A stretch of 64,000 nt of DNA, taken from positions 140,746-204,745 of the forward strand of contig WELA01002258.1 in the NCBI GenBank assembly GCA_009602735.1, in the 5' to 3' direction. This document shows positions 47,476 through 60,524 of this stretch, in pieces. The stretch's first letter is position 1; every line of letters begins with the position of its first letter. The notes under the pieces were generated by a model. It did no database searches. It saw only the letters and a program-made list of their open reading frames with translations, and was not told the origin of the DNA. The position numbers were made by a program, and so were the translations under genes. This DNA comes from Mesotaenium endlicherianum (Eukaryota).

Positions 47476-50143
47476 GTTGGGGTCATACACAGCTAAGATT
47501 GGGGCAGAACAGAGAGCATCTTTAAGGTTCTGGAAGGCAGCTTGCTGCTCTTCCTCCCACACATACCCTATGTCCTTCTTAGGAAGGTCAGTCAATTTGC
47601 TGGCCTTTGTATAATAATTCTCAATGAATCTTCTATAGTAGTTAGCCAACCCAAGGAAGGATCTAACTTCCGAGACAGACTGTGGTACTAGACAGTCCCT
47701 AATGGTCTGGACTTTCTTAGAATCCACACTAATGCCTTCCTTTCTGACAACGTGACCCAAAAATTCAATACTTTTCTTAAAGAAATCAGTCTTGGTCATT
47801 TTGGCATATAACTGATTTCTTCTCAGAGTGTCCATGACTGTCTTGAAGTGCTCAGCATGTTCAGCTTCAATTTTAAAGAAAATTAAAATATCATCCAAGA
47901 AGACTTGCATAAACTTATCCAAGTAAGGCCTGAAAATGTCACTTATAGCACCCATGAAGGTTGCAAGAGCATTAGTCAATCCAAATGGCATCACATTAAA
48001 CTCATAGTGTCCATAACGTGTGCGGAAGGCAGTCTTGTGTTCATCTTCCTCAGCAATTCTGATTTGATGATAAACACTCTTGAGATCTATCTTACTGAAC
48101 ACTTTAGCACCAGCAAGTCCTTAATTCTAGGTAAAGCATACTTGTTCTTTTCTGTAATGCTGTTAAGAACTCTGTAATCCACACACATTCGCATACTACC
48201 ATCTTTTTCGTTAACAAATAGGATGGGTGCGTCATAAGGTGATTTACTAGGGGAAATATAACCATTTTCCTCCACCTTTGCAATTTGTGTTTTCAACACT
48301 TTGCTCTCCACGTAAGACAAGCCATAGGTGCGTTGCCAAGGTGGCTGACTCTCAAGTAATAAATCAATCCGAAAATCTACTTCCCTCTTAGGGAGCAATC
48401 CAGGAGGCATATTTAAAACATCAACATACTGAGCAACAATTTTTGCAGCAGTAGGGTGCTTTGGAGGGCTCACCTTTTTCTCAACCACTTCTTCAAGTTG
48501 AGGAGGTAACTCTTTTAGCAACAGACAGAACATTCTATCTACCTTCTGGTTCCAGCTTTCGATGAACTCCACTGCATTCAACAATTTGCATCCTCCTGGA
48601 AGCCTCTCCTTTTCCTTCATTTGCCATCCATACAGGACAAGAGGAAGAGCACTGGTGGGTGAAAAGTTAGTCTGTCCCTCACTGGCTCCTCTCACTTTAA
48701 TTGTACCTCTGCTCCAACACACTTCAGCTTGATGTCTGTTAAGTTAACACCTGCCTAGCACAAGATCATAAAAGCCAATTTTGAGTACCTCAAATGTAAG
48801 CATTTCAGTTAGAATTGCAATGCCAGAACCTTACTGGACCTCAATAGGCTTGGTTATAACTCCTCTCGGGATACTTGAGGCATCTCCAAGGAATATTTTT
48901 CTATTCTCTTGGGGGACAGTAGGCAGCCTTCGTTAACAAATGCCCTCACCTTCCTACCTGCAATCTTACAGTGCAGTAGGATTGGGGGGACTGACATTTC
49001 TTGACTTTCGCATTGTTCTCCTGACTTAGCAAAATAATGTTGGACATTAGGTGGAACAAGATCATCCAGAGTGTGCACTTTCGGGGATCTATATTGCTGA
49101 TGGTCTCCTTTATCTGTTTGTCAGGCATGCATAGTGAATCCTGTTCAGCAGGACCCATAATACCTCCTACAAGGGCAGCTAGTGACGACTCACTATCTCT
49201 AGCATCCTCACAGTCGATAGACTGGAGTACTGACTGTTGCTGTCTCTTAAAGGCTGGTCCTTTCTCTCGACCTTTGGAAGGTGCTTAACCGGACACTGCT
49301 CTCTGTCATGACCCAGCTGCTAATAATGGTAGCAAATAGATTTTGCTGAGGCTGGTCTCGGCTTAGTCCTACCACCACCTCTTCTATAGCCACCCCGAGA
49401 GTATCCACCTCTCCCTCTAGACTGTATAACATTATACTCGTACTCATACTCATCACCCTGATCGTCCTCAACCTCATCTCCTTCAATTACATTGTAGGAA
49501 CCGTGTGGCTTTTTGACAATCTTAGACACCAAGGCATTACTCTGGCGCTTGTGATTGAACTTCTTCTAATCCCAGGCATCAGCGTCCTGGATCAAGTGAG
49601 CCAGTTTCTCATACTTCTTTTTAGCAAAATGACCAGAGACTTCAAATTTCAAGCTATACCTGAAGTATGTTATCCATACCGCTCTGGCAAATCTGGCTGC
49701 TTCATCATGTTCTCCTGGAACTTTTGAGCAAAGTCAGCAATTGAAGTGGTCTGCTTCAGTGTCAAGGAGATCATGGCATAGATAGCTTTCACCTGCTGAA
49801 TAATGACATCAAACTTCTCATGCAACATCTTGACAAACTCTACCCAAGTAAGGTCACCGAGTTGTTGAGCTTTACGCTCTCCTTTCCAATACAGCCACGA
49901 GTCTGCTGCACTACCTTTCAGTAGAGCACCAGTGTGCCTGACCTTCTCGTAATCCTGCAGTTCTGGGTGGTTCTCCAGCCACTGCTCAACATCAGCGAGA
50001 AACTTGATCAGGTAATACTCTTTGTTTCCCTCAGGATCATAGTCCTGGGAAGGTTTTGGCTTCAGCTTTTTAGGCCCTTCGCCACCACCACCAGTGGTTT
50101 GAGAATCCAGTTGGTCTCTGTCACGCAGCACTGCCATCATGAT
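47476..50143 (-). pseudogene. A2 RT, PR and gag (decayed)
   Basis: [16 protein letters not shown], gag LKGSAADSW; multiple frameshifts and a deletion in PR. Confidence 0.9.
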
Positions 50144-51533
50144 TGTAATGAATCGGTATATTGGTAAATATAATATTTATTTAAATATAATAGTTTGTTT
50201 AGTACATTGGTAGACTTAACATTCGATTAAATATGATAGTTAGTTAAGTTCAGCCTACTGAACTTTAGTTGATATTCAGTCTGCTAAACTTTATCAGTTT
50301 AATGACTCAGTCGGGAGCAGCAGGCTGAAGTCAACTTAGGTCAGCAAGCTGATACATTCTTTGACAGCCAGCTGACTTCCATACTCGGAAGCAGCGAATT
50401 GCCTAGATATGCATTCAAGTGTGGTATGCTAGATGAATGGCCAGATGACATCCTTGGGATGGATGGCGATTCGGAATGATGGAAAATGGCGGTGGATTTG
50501 GTTAACCGAGTTCCTACCAACGTGGTTAACTCTCGGGTAGGCGGTGCCATTGCACTTGCCGTTGAACAGTAAACTCATTCCACGTACATATGCTAGGTAT
50601 TGCTCTCGAGTCCGGCATTCAAAAATGAGGCCAACTCTGTTGTACAGCTAACTGAGTCGACTTACCAAATAAGCGATTAATAAATAATAAAGATCTTTAT
50701 ATCAGCAAGTAATCTTTATGGTATTTTCTGTTAATTGATTAAACAGCAAGGGACAACACACGAGCAGTGGGCAATACTCGGAAGTCAAATGCAAGTAAAT
50801 TAGCATCAATAATGCAATCAGGAAACTCATACTTAAGCAAGGCTAGAAGACAGTGCATATCAATGGCTTCTGGCCTTGGATCCAGATATCTCTCAGTAAG
50901 CAGTACAAGAGAGTTGGCCTTGTTTCCGAATGCCAAACTTGAGAGCAATCCTTGCATATGTATAATGAGTTTACTGTTCAACGGCAAGTGCGATGGCACC
51001 GCCTACCCGGGAGTTAACCACGTTGGTAGGACCTCAATTAACCAAATCTACCGCCATCTCCCATCATCCCGAATCGCCATCCATCCAAAGGATGTCATCT
51101 GGCCATTCGTCTAGCTTACCACACTTATGTGCGTAACTAGGCAGTTTGCTGCTACCGCGTACGGAAGTCAGCTGGCTGTCAAAGAAAGTGTCAGCAAGCT
51201 GACTTAAGTTGACTTCAGCCTGCTGCTCCCGGCTGAGTCATTAAACTGATTATTTAATAAAGTCCAAAAGACTCAATATTAACAAAAGTTCAGCAGTCTG
51301 AACTTATTTAACTATTATATTTGAATGAATATTATATCTACCAATATGCTGATTCATTACAATCTCTCCAACTTAACAGGTTGTCGTCTCGACAACACTA
51401 ACACTGGGTACACGGTTTTCCCTAACTGAAAGTACTGATCTCTCTCCCACCGCCTCTTGCTCCAACGTTGATACTCAACGGTGGGGATCACTAGTAACAG
51501 CGTGCAGTGTCTTTTGCCCTCAGCCTACTGCCA

Positions 51534-53176
51534 TTAGGAGGGAGATGTCCCTGGGGCCCTAGGGTCAGGGGAGTGTGACCTCCTCCTGTCTTGGGGTCTC
51601 CTGAAGCCTGGGGGATCCGTGTAGAGATCCCGCGGAGAACGCAATAACTGTGCTGTTTCCTGCTGTACAGTCTGAAACTGAATGGAGGCAGCCTTCTCTT
51701 GGGCAGCCCTCAAACTGACAGGTACATATACCGGAATCCCAGATTGATGTTGCATGACATGAGCTATAGGCACATGCCCTCTCTGCGAGGGAGATGCTGG
51801 CAGGCCTCTGGCTATTTCTCTAGCAGCCCTCCTGTCTGCCCTGTCTGACTGGGTCTCCGAGCCTGGAGATGGGCACTGTCCTCTGGCAATTTCCAGCCAA
51901 GTGGAATCTTCCTCTCCAGCGAGCTGATGCTGGGCCAACCCAGTCTTCTCCCTTAGAGGGGATGTGGCAAGCGTCAGGATCACAGCGGGGCTAGTGTCCT
52001 CCTCCTCGCCTTCGATCCCTCCTCCTCTCCGTCCCCTAGTTCCTCTGAGACTGCTAGGGTCTCTTCTGTCAGCTGCTCCAGCTCTTCCCGAGAAAAAGAA
52101 TATCCCACTGACCTTCCCCTTTTGGGTGCTAGTGGGGGCTGTTGAGTCCGGACCCCATACAGGTCCTTTTCTCCCTGCTTGCTTGCCCAGTTGGCATAAG
52201 CGTGCTTTCCTTTAGAGAATGACTCTCAGGCCCTGCTCCTGTTCTCCTGCATTTCCTGGCTCATGCAGTCTCTTACTCCATCCAGTCTTGGGTTCCAAGC
52301 TGCAATGTGAGGAGGCAACACTATGTTCCCCTGTAGGTCTGTTAGGAAGTGTTCCTCCCTTGCCTTGTCATTTTGCTGGTCCCTCATGTTGATGGTCATC
52401 CATCGCCAATTGGTGGGCTTCTGGAAGAAGGCAGGGTCTCTCCTTTTGAGAGTACAAGGGTACCACTGCCCTGCAAATTCCAGCTGACCAATTTCCCTCG
52501 CCAAAAATCCCTTGCTCCTTCTCTCCACCTCATTATACATGGCCTTGAACCTGTTGTGGGATGTGGAGTCCTTAAAGCTGTCCGCGTCCATGGGGATCAT
52601 CCTAATGACCCTATCTTTCCCCCAGATACCTGAAATTGTTACAGCTCCTGCTTTGTTCACCTGGGCCATTGCCTTGGCCTCTCTGACCGTATATCCTACC
52701 AACCTGGCATAATCGTGATAGAGGAGGAGTCCTGTGCTGACCTCTATATACTTGTCAAAGTTTTCAGATGTTTCCCCTTCCCTCTGCAGGAATTCCTTTT
52801 GCGACTCACTGCGACTTCTCTGGGCATATTTGAAGGCCTCTTCCAGCAGATCATAGCCCTCGCCCAACACTGTGTAGCGGTAGCTGCTGATTCTCCTCTG
52901 TTCTTCTTCTTCAGCCTGCTGCTTCTGTCTCTCCTCGGCTTGCCTCTCCTCTTCCGCCTTTTTGACCTCCTTTGCAACTTTTTTGTCCAATTCTTCCTGC
53001 CTCATCCTGGCCTGTTCCTCCTCTTCCTTCTTCTTTTGTGCCTCCCGTTGTTGTTGAAGTCGTTGTGATTCCAAAGCGGAGATGGAGGATGATTCGATGT
53101 CGCCACAGAATTGCAAGTATTTTGCATGTGCCTCTTCCGCTCTTCTCTTCCTCTTAAGTTCCGACTTCTTGGTCAT
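51534..53176 (-). pseudogene. ORF3 of A4 (one stop, one frameshift)
   Basis: ATG at 53176; open to TGA at 52226; continues in frame (ESFSKGKHAY..PKRGRSV); frameshift near 52040; C-terminal part 51534-51983. Confidence 0.87.
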
Positions 53177-53549
53177 CCTGCTCAATCATAAACACAATGC
53201 ATTCAGTAAAGTCATGATACTTTGCCGCTACTGAGTGCCCGTGGTGAAGAAGAACGTGATAGGGAGAGTCCCTAGTGCGTAGTACCTTGTGTGAGTGAGT
53301 ATAAGAGAGAATTGAGTTAGAAAGAAAAAGTGAGTATGAGCGCAGGTTGAATGTGCAGAATGGTTATAAAATTTGCCTGGCTGATCTCGAAACGGAACAC
53401 ACTCCCTCCAACTTAATTTTAAAGGTGGGCTGCCTGTCACAATTGTCACTTCCGGTCACTAGCTGTCACATTCCCCTCCAACTTATATGAAGACAAGACA
53501 TCCTGTCACCTGTCCGTGTCCACTGAAATGACAGTTAGGGAGGGGTGCC

Positions 53550-56500
53550 AGCTGCCCGAAGGTGGAACCATTTCAACGCCCCTTTGGCATTGGTCAACTG
53601 GTCTTTAAATTTCCAAGTGTCCCCGGAGGCATCGTAACCCTTCCATCTGACCAGGTACTACATGACATATTTAGATGATCGACGGACAGAGCAAGCGTCT
53701 AAAATCTCCTTGACCTCATATTCCTCAAGGTCACCATCCCGAACAGCGGGGACCGGTCTCGATTGGACAGGTGACCAGCCTGTGAACAGTGTGTCACCTT
53801 TAATGTACGGTTCAAAGAAGGAGACATTAAAGACTAGGTGACCCTTGTATTCTGCTGACATGTTCAGTTTGTAAGCATTCTGACCGACACGGCGCACCAC
53901 CAAATCTGGAGCGACCCAGACAGGACCAAGCTTTTTCTTGACCACACCAGGTAGGTACAGGTGCTGAGAGTGCAGTTTGACCAAATCGCCCTTAGAAAAT
54001 GTCAGCTCTCGACGGTGCTGATTAGCGTATTTTTGTTGGTTTGCTTGGGCTTTGTGCAGGTTCTGTTGGACTTCTGACAGGGTGTCAACAAACTCCTGGG
54101 TTAACTGGAGGGAGACCGGATTGTCAATCCCTTCAGGGTGAGTTAAAGACTCCCCTAGTACATCTAAAGGAGACTTAGGGACTCTACCCAGGCTCAGTTC
54201 AGAAGGAGTCTTGCCCGTTGACGCGTGCACCGCACTGTTGACCGCAAACTGGATTTGAGGCAACAAGTCATCCCTATTGTCTTGGTTTTTGTTAATATAT
54301 GCTCTCAGCACCTCTTGCAGAACTCGGTCAGTTCTTTCAGTCTCCCCATCAATCTGAGGGTGGTTTGCTGTGCTGAGCAGCTGTTTGACTCCTATTAACC
54401 CCATTGAAGCTCTCTAGAACTTAGAGGTAAATTTTCAGTCTCTGTTCGAGATGATATTAGAGGGTAGCCCATGTTGGCATACTACATGGTTGTAGAACCG
54501 TCTCGCTGTTACGAGTGCACTTACTTTGACAGTTGTCGGGATGAAAATGACCATTTTTTGTTAGTTTATCCACGACTACCAGTATCGAATCATGCCCATT
54601 GGCAGTTCGTGACAGTGTTACCACCCAGTCCATGGATATTGTTTCCCAGCGTGCAGCTGACATGGGCAGCGGTTGTAAGAGATCCCCCGGTGGTGTGTGT
54701 CTAGACTTGTTTCTTTGACACTGATCACAGGACTTAACATATTTCAAGACCTCCCGAGGTAACCCCTCCCAATGATAATGTTTTGCCAGTTTGCCAACAG
54801 TTTTGGCCTGCCCCAAATGCCCACCCCGTAAACTGTCATGTGCTTGACTCAGTAAAAGGGACCTTATTTCCAAGTTATTAGAAATGACTAGCTTTAGCCT
54901 GCCTGAAGTGGTTTCAGTCACCCAGACCCCTCTTTTAAGCCTATACCCAAGTGCAGTAGCAGGACACACACCATCAATGGGGCTGGGCCCAAATGTTGGG
55001 TCAGAAAGGTAGGCTTTCCTAAGTTGTTCAAGCAAGGCCTTTTTCACCTTTAATGCAGTGAGTGCACAAAGGACTTTATCTACAGCATGCTGACCAAAGT
55101 TCCTTTCTTGCAAGTCGAGTCTTCTAGAGAGTGCATCAGCAGAATTCAACTTTCCTGGTTTGTAGTCAATCTGGACTTGAAACTGCACCAGTGAAATGAA
55201 TCGACTTACCAAATAGGCGATTAATAATTAATAAAGATCTTTATATTAGCAAGTAATCTTTATGGTATTTCTCGTTAACTGGTTTAACGGCAAAGGACAA
55301 CACAATAGCAGTGAATAATACTCGTCAGTCAAATGCGAGTAAACTAGCATCAATAATGCAAATCGGTAAACTTATACATAAGCAAGGTTAGAAGACAGTG
55401 CGTATCAATGGCTTCTCGCCTTGGATTCAGAGTTCTCTCAGTAAGCTGTACAAGAGAGTTGGCTTCGTTTCCGAATGCCGAACTCGAGAGCAATGCCTAG
55501 CGTATGTACATGGAATGAGTTTACTGTTCAACGGTCAGTGCGATGGCACCGCCTACCCGGGAGTTAACCACGTTGGTAGGACCTCGGTTAACCAAATCCA
55601 CCGCCATCTCCCATCATCCCGAATCGCCATCCATCATAGGGATGTCATCTGGCCATTCATCTAGCATATCACACTTAGATGCATATCGAGGCAGTTCGCT
55701 GCTACCGAGTACGGAAGTCAGCTGGCTCTCAAAGAATGTGTCAGCAAGCTGACTTAAGGTGACCTCAGCCTGCTACTTCCGGCCTGAGTCAGTGAATTGA
55801 TATTAAGTATAAAGTCCAGCAGACTGATTGTTAACTAGAGTTCAGCAGGTTGAACTTATTTAACTATATTATTTAAATGAATATTATGTCAACCAGTGTA
55901 CTGATTCATTACATCCAGCATCTGGCTCCAACGGTTCTCCCTCCTTGACAGTTTGGACTTCTTCTGAAAGTGAGTCAAATCTGTAATCACCTTAAAGGCT
56001 TTACCATGTAAGTATGCTCTCCAATGCTTGAGCACATGAATGATAGCTAGCAGCTCTTTATCATGCACAGAGTAATTAGTCTCAGCTGGATTAGATTTCA
56101 TAGACTCATACAATACAAGATGCCACTCCTGCTTTACTTTACCATCTTTGTGGTTTTGTCAGCAGGTTGCAACAACATAGCACTCATGGCAAAGTCAGAA
56201 GCATCAGTAACCACCTGCACAGGTTTGCTGGGGTCATACACGGCTTGCACTGGGGCAGAACAAAGAGCATCTTTAAGGGTCTGGAAGGCAGCCTGCTGCT
56301 CTTCCCCCCACACATACCCTATGTCTTTCTTAATAAGGTCAGTCAGTTTATCGGCTTTTGTAGAATAATTCTCAGTAAATCTCCTATAGTAGTTAGTTAG
56401 CCAACCCAAGGATGGATCTAACTTCGGAGACAGATTGTGGTACAAGCCAGTCCTTTATGGTCCGGACTTTCTTAGGATCCATACTGATGCCTTCTTTGCT

Positions 56501-58057
56501 GACAACATGGCCTAGAAATTCAATACTTTCCTTGAAGAAATCACACTTGCTCATTGTAGCATACAACTGGTTTCTCCTCAGAGTGTCCATGACTGTCTTT
56601 AAGTGTCCAGCATGCTGAACTTCATCTTTAGAGAAAATTAAAATATCATCGAGGAAGACTTGCAAAACCTTATCCAGGTAAGGTCTGAAAATGTCATTCA
56701 TAGCACCCATGAAGGTTGCAGGAGCATGAGTCAGTCCAAATGGCATCACGTTGAACTCATAGTGTCTATAACGTGTGCGGAAGGCAGTCTTGTGTTCATC
56801 CTCCTCAGCAATCCTGATTTGATGATAACTACTCTTGAGATCTATCTTACTGAACACTTTAGCACCAGACAGGGTATCAAGCAAGTCCTCGATTCTGGGT
56901 AAAGCATACTTGTTCTTTATTGTAAATTTGTTAAGAGCTCCGTAATCAACGCACATCTGCATACTCTCATCCTTTTTCTTAACAAAGAGGATGGGTGCGC
57001 CATTAGGTGATTTACGAGGGAAAATGTACCCATTCTCCTCAAGCTCTGCAATCTGTGTTTTCAACTCTTCGCTCTCCACATAAGACAAGCCATAAGTGCG
57101 TTGCCAGGGTGGCTGACTCCCAGGTAATAAGTCAATCCTGTGATCCACTTCCCTCTTAGGAGGTAGTCCTGAAGGCATGTTAAAAACATCAGTGTACTGA
57201 GCAACAATTTTTGCAGCAGTAGGGTGCTCCGGAAAACTTACCATTTTCTCAACCACTTCTTCATGTTGAGGAGGTACCTCTCTTAGCAACAAACAGAACA
57301 TTCTGTTTTCCTTCTGGTTCCAGCTTTCGATGAACTCTATTGCATTCGGCAATTTGCATCCTGCTGGAAGCCTCTTCTTTTCCTTCATTTGCCATCCATA
57401 CAGGACAAGGGGAAGAGCACTGGTGGGTGCCAAGTTAGTCTGCCCATCACTGGCTCCTCTCACTTCAACTGTACCTCTGCTCCAACACACTTCAGCTTAA
57501 TGTCTATTAAGCCAGGACCTGCCTAGCACGAGATCATAAAAACCAGTGTTGAGTACCTCAAATATAAGCGTTTCAGTTAGAACTGCAATGAACTGGACCT
57601 CAATAGGCTTGCTTATAATTCCTCTCGGGATACTTGAGGCATCTCCAAGGAATATTTTTCTATTCCCTTGGGTGACAGTAGGCAGCCTTAGCCGCTTAAT
57701 TAAGGCCTTATGGATGAAAGTATGTGACGCCCCTCCGCCAACAAATGCCCTCACCTTCCTACCTGCAATCATGCAATGCAGTTGGATAGGGGGGACTGTC
57801 TTTTCCTGACTTTCGCATTGTTCTCCTGACTTAGCGAAGAAATGTTGGACATCAGGTGGAACAAGATCATCCAGAGTGTGCACTCTACGGAGATCTATAT
57901 TGCTGATGGTCTCCTTTATCTGGTTGTCAGACATGCATAGTGAATGCAGTTCAACAGGACCCATAATACCTGCTATGAGGGCAGCTAGTGACGACTCACA
58001 ATCTCTAGCATCCTCACAGTCAGTAGACTGGATTACTGACTGTTGCTGTCTTTTAAA
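53550..58057 (-). pseudogene. pol: pol of A4
   Basis: PR, RT (FLDDILIFS), RH, IN and chromodomain (EEYEVKEIL..*YLVRWKGY) in broken ORFs. Confidence 0.92.
55192..55913 (-). mobile_element. Solo LTR, family A, inside A4 RNase H
   Basis: TGAAATGAATC...GATTCATTACA termini; TSD ACCAG/TCCAG (one mismatch). Confidence 0.92.
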
Positions 58058-59491
58058 GGCTGGTCTTTTCTCTCGACCTTTGGGAGGTGCTTCACTAGGC
58101 ACTGCTCTCTGAAGTGACCCGTCTGCTGGCAATGGAAGCAAACAGATTTTGCTGAGGTTAGTCTCGGCTTACTCCTACCACCACCTCTTCCATAGCCACC
58201 TTGCGAGGAACCACCTCTCCCTCTAGACTGCATAGCATTATATTCTTACCCGTATTCATCACCCTGATCATCCTCAACCTGGTCTTCCTCAATTGCATTG
58301 TAGGAACCGTGGGGCTTTTTGACAACCTTAGACACCAAAGCATTACTCTGGCGCTTGTGATTGATTTGCTGCTGATCCCAGGCATCAGCATCTTGGATCA
58401 AGTCAGCGAATTTCTCATACTTCTTTTCAGCAAAAATAACCAGAGTCTTCGGATTTTAAGCCATACCTGAAGTATGCTATCCTATACCGCTCTGGCAAGT
58501 CTGCTTGCTTCATCATGTTCTTCTGAAGCTTTTGAGCAAAGTCAGCAACTGAAGTGGTCTGCTTCAGTGTCAAGGAGATCATGGCATAGATAGCTTTCTC
58601 CTGCTGATTGATCACATTAAACTTCTCATGCAGTTTCTCGACAAAATTTACCCAAGTAGGGTCACCGAGTTGTTGAGCCTTACGCTTCCCTTTCCAGTAC
58701 AACCACCAGTCTACTGCACTGCCTTTCAGTAGAGCACCAGTGTGCTTGACATTCTCGTGATCTTGCAGTTCTGGGTAATTCTCCAGCCATTGCTCAACAT
58801 CAGCAAAAAACTTGATCAGATAACACTTTTTGTTCCCCTCAGGATCATAATCCTGGGGAGGTTTTGGTTTGGGCTTACTAGGCCCTCTGCCACCACCACC
58901 AGTGGTTCGAGAACCCAGTTGGTCTCTATCTTGTAGCAGAGGCATTATGATTCTTCTGTCCTCCTCTTGGGACTGATACATGCTCGCCATTTGCGATTGC
59001 ATTTGCACGAACAATGCTCCCAAATCCACACTCTGAGGTGGGAGTCTAGCATATGCAGCAGTAGCAGTGGCATCCCCTCGTCGAGTAGTGTCCTCAACAG
59101 TCCCTCTCGCCGCATTCAGACGGTCACGAATTTGACCTAGGGGCACATTGAGTTGTACAACAGGAGGTGGGTTCAGAATATTGGCCCTTGATGCCGTATG
59201 TTCTTCGACAGTGCACTCGTCCGCTGGCTGTCCTTCCCTCCTTTCTGTATCTTTAGCAACCTTTGCTAATTGTTCAACTTCTAATGTGGCTCTCTCCTCC
59301 TCAGCCTGTTCTGCTGCGACTACGACAATAGCAGCTGCCTCATCTGCAGCCTCTCTAGCTGCAGTATCTGCCACTGCTTCAGAATAGGTACGGGTTCTCG
59401 CTACATGGCTTTCAGCCTGGTTTTTAACATTCTTGGTATCCTGGTTCTCCATGTTTTGGGAGTCGCTAGTTTGAGACCTCGTCCTTACCAC
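58033..59491 (-). pseudogene. gag: gag of A4
   Basis: 354-aa ORF with a GTG start, frameshift near 58430, then CFHCQQTGHFREQC. Confidence 0.9.
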
Positions 59492-60524
59492 ACAAAGAAG
59501 ACTGTGATAACTACTCCAATACCACTGAAATGAATCGACTTACCAAATAAGCAATTAACAAATAATTAAGATCTTTATATCAGCAAGTAATCTTTATGGT
59601 ATTTTCTGTTAATTGGTTAAACAGCAAGGGACAACACACTAGCAGTGGACAATACTCGGAAGTCAAATGCAAGTAAACTAGCATCAATAATGCAATCAGG
59701 AAACTCATACTTAAGCAAGGCTAGAAGACAGTGCATATCAATGGCTTCTCGCCTTGGATCCAGATATCTCTCAGTAAGCAGTACAAGAGAGTTGGCCTTG
59801 TTTCCGAATGCCAAACTCGAGAGCAATCCTTGCATATGTACATGGAATGAGTTTACTATTCGACGGCAAGTGCGATGGCATCACCTCCCCGGGAGTTAAC
59901 CACGTTGGTAGGACTTTGGGTAACCAAATCCACCGCCATCTCCTATCATCCCGAATCGCCATCCATCCAAAGGATGTCATCTGGCCATTCATCTAGCACA
60001 CCACACTTAGATGCGTATCTAGGCAATTCGTTGCTACCGCGTACGGAAGTCAGCTGGCTGTCAAAGAATGTGTCAGCAAGCTGACCTAAGTTGACTTCAG
60101 CCTGCTGCTCTCGGCTGAGTCATTAAACTGATTATTTCATAAAGTCCAAAAGATTCAATATTAACTACAGTTCAGCAGGTTGAACTTATTTAAGTATTAT
60201 ATTTAAATGAATATTATCTCTACCAATATATTGATTCATTACACTGAGAGATATCTGAATCCAAGGCGAGAAGCCATTGATATGCAACGTCTTCTAGCCT
60301 TGCCTATGTATGAGTTTAGTGATTGCATAATTGATGCTAGTTACTTGCGTTTGACTTGCAAGTATTGTCCACTGCTTGTGTGTTGTCTCTTGCTGTTTAA
60401 TCAATCAACAGAAAATTCATAAAGATTACTTGCTGATGTAAAGATCTTCATTAATTGTTAATTGCCTATTTGGTAAGTTGATTCATTTCAGTGGTATCGG
60501 AGCTTTTATCACAATCTTCTTTGC

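Larger units (their letters stand above)
29894..50143 (-). mobile_element. Element A2 (decayed host of element C; gag cut by the A3 insertion at 50144)
   Basis: 12-nt 3' LTR remnant plus PPT at 29894-29918; ORF3; chromodomain-IN-RH about 31950-33926; RT-PR-gag 47476-50143. Confidence 0.88.
50657..60243 (-). mobile_element. Full-length decayed element A4, inserted antisense into the 5' LTR of A3
   Basis: LTRs 50657-51361 (terminal ~9 nt lost) and 59526-60243; TSD CTGAG at 50652-50656 and 60244-60248; gag, pol, ORF3 and PPT present. Confidence 0.93.

Noticed and set aside
50144..51361. DIRS-like or TIR element suggested by the inverted LTRs
   Set aside because: Fully explained by A4 inserting antisense into the A3 LTR with TSD CTGAG; no tyrosine recombinase or transposase is present.
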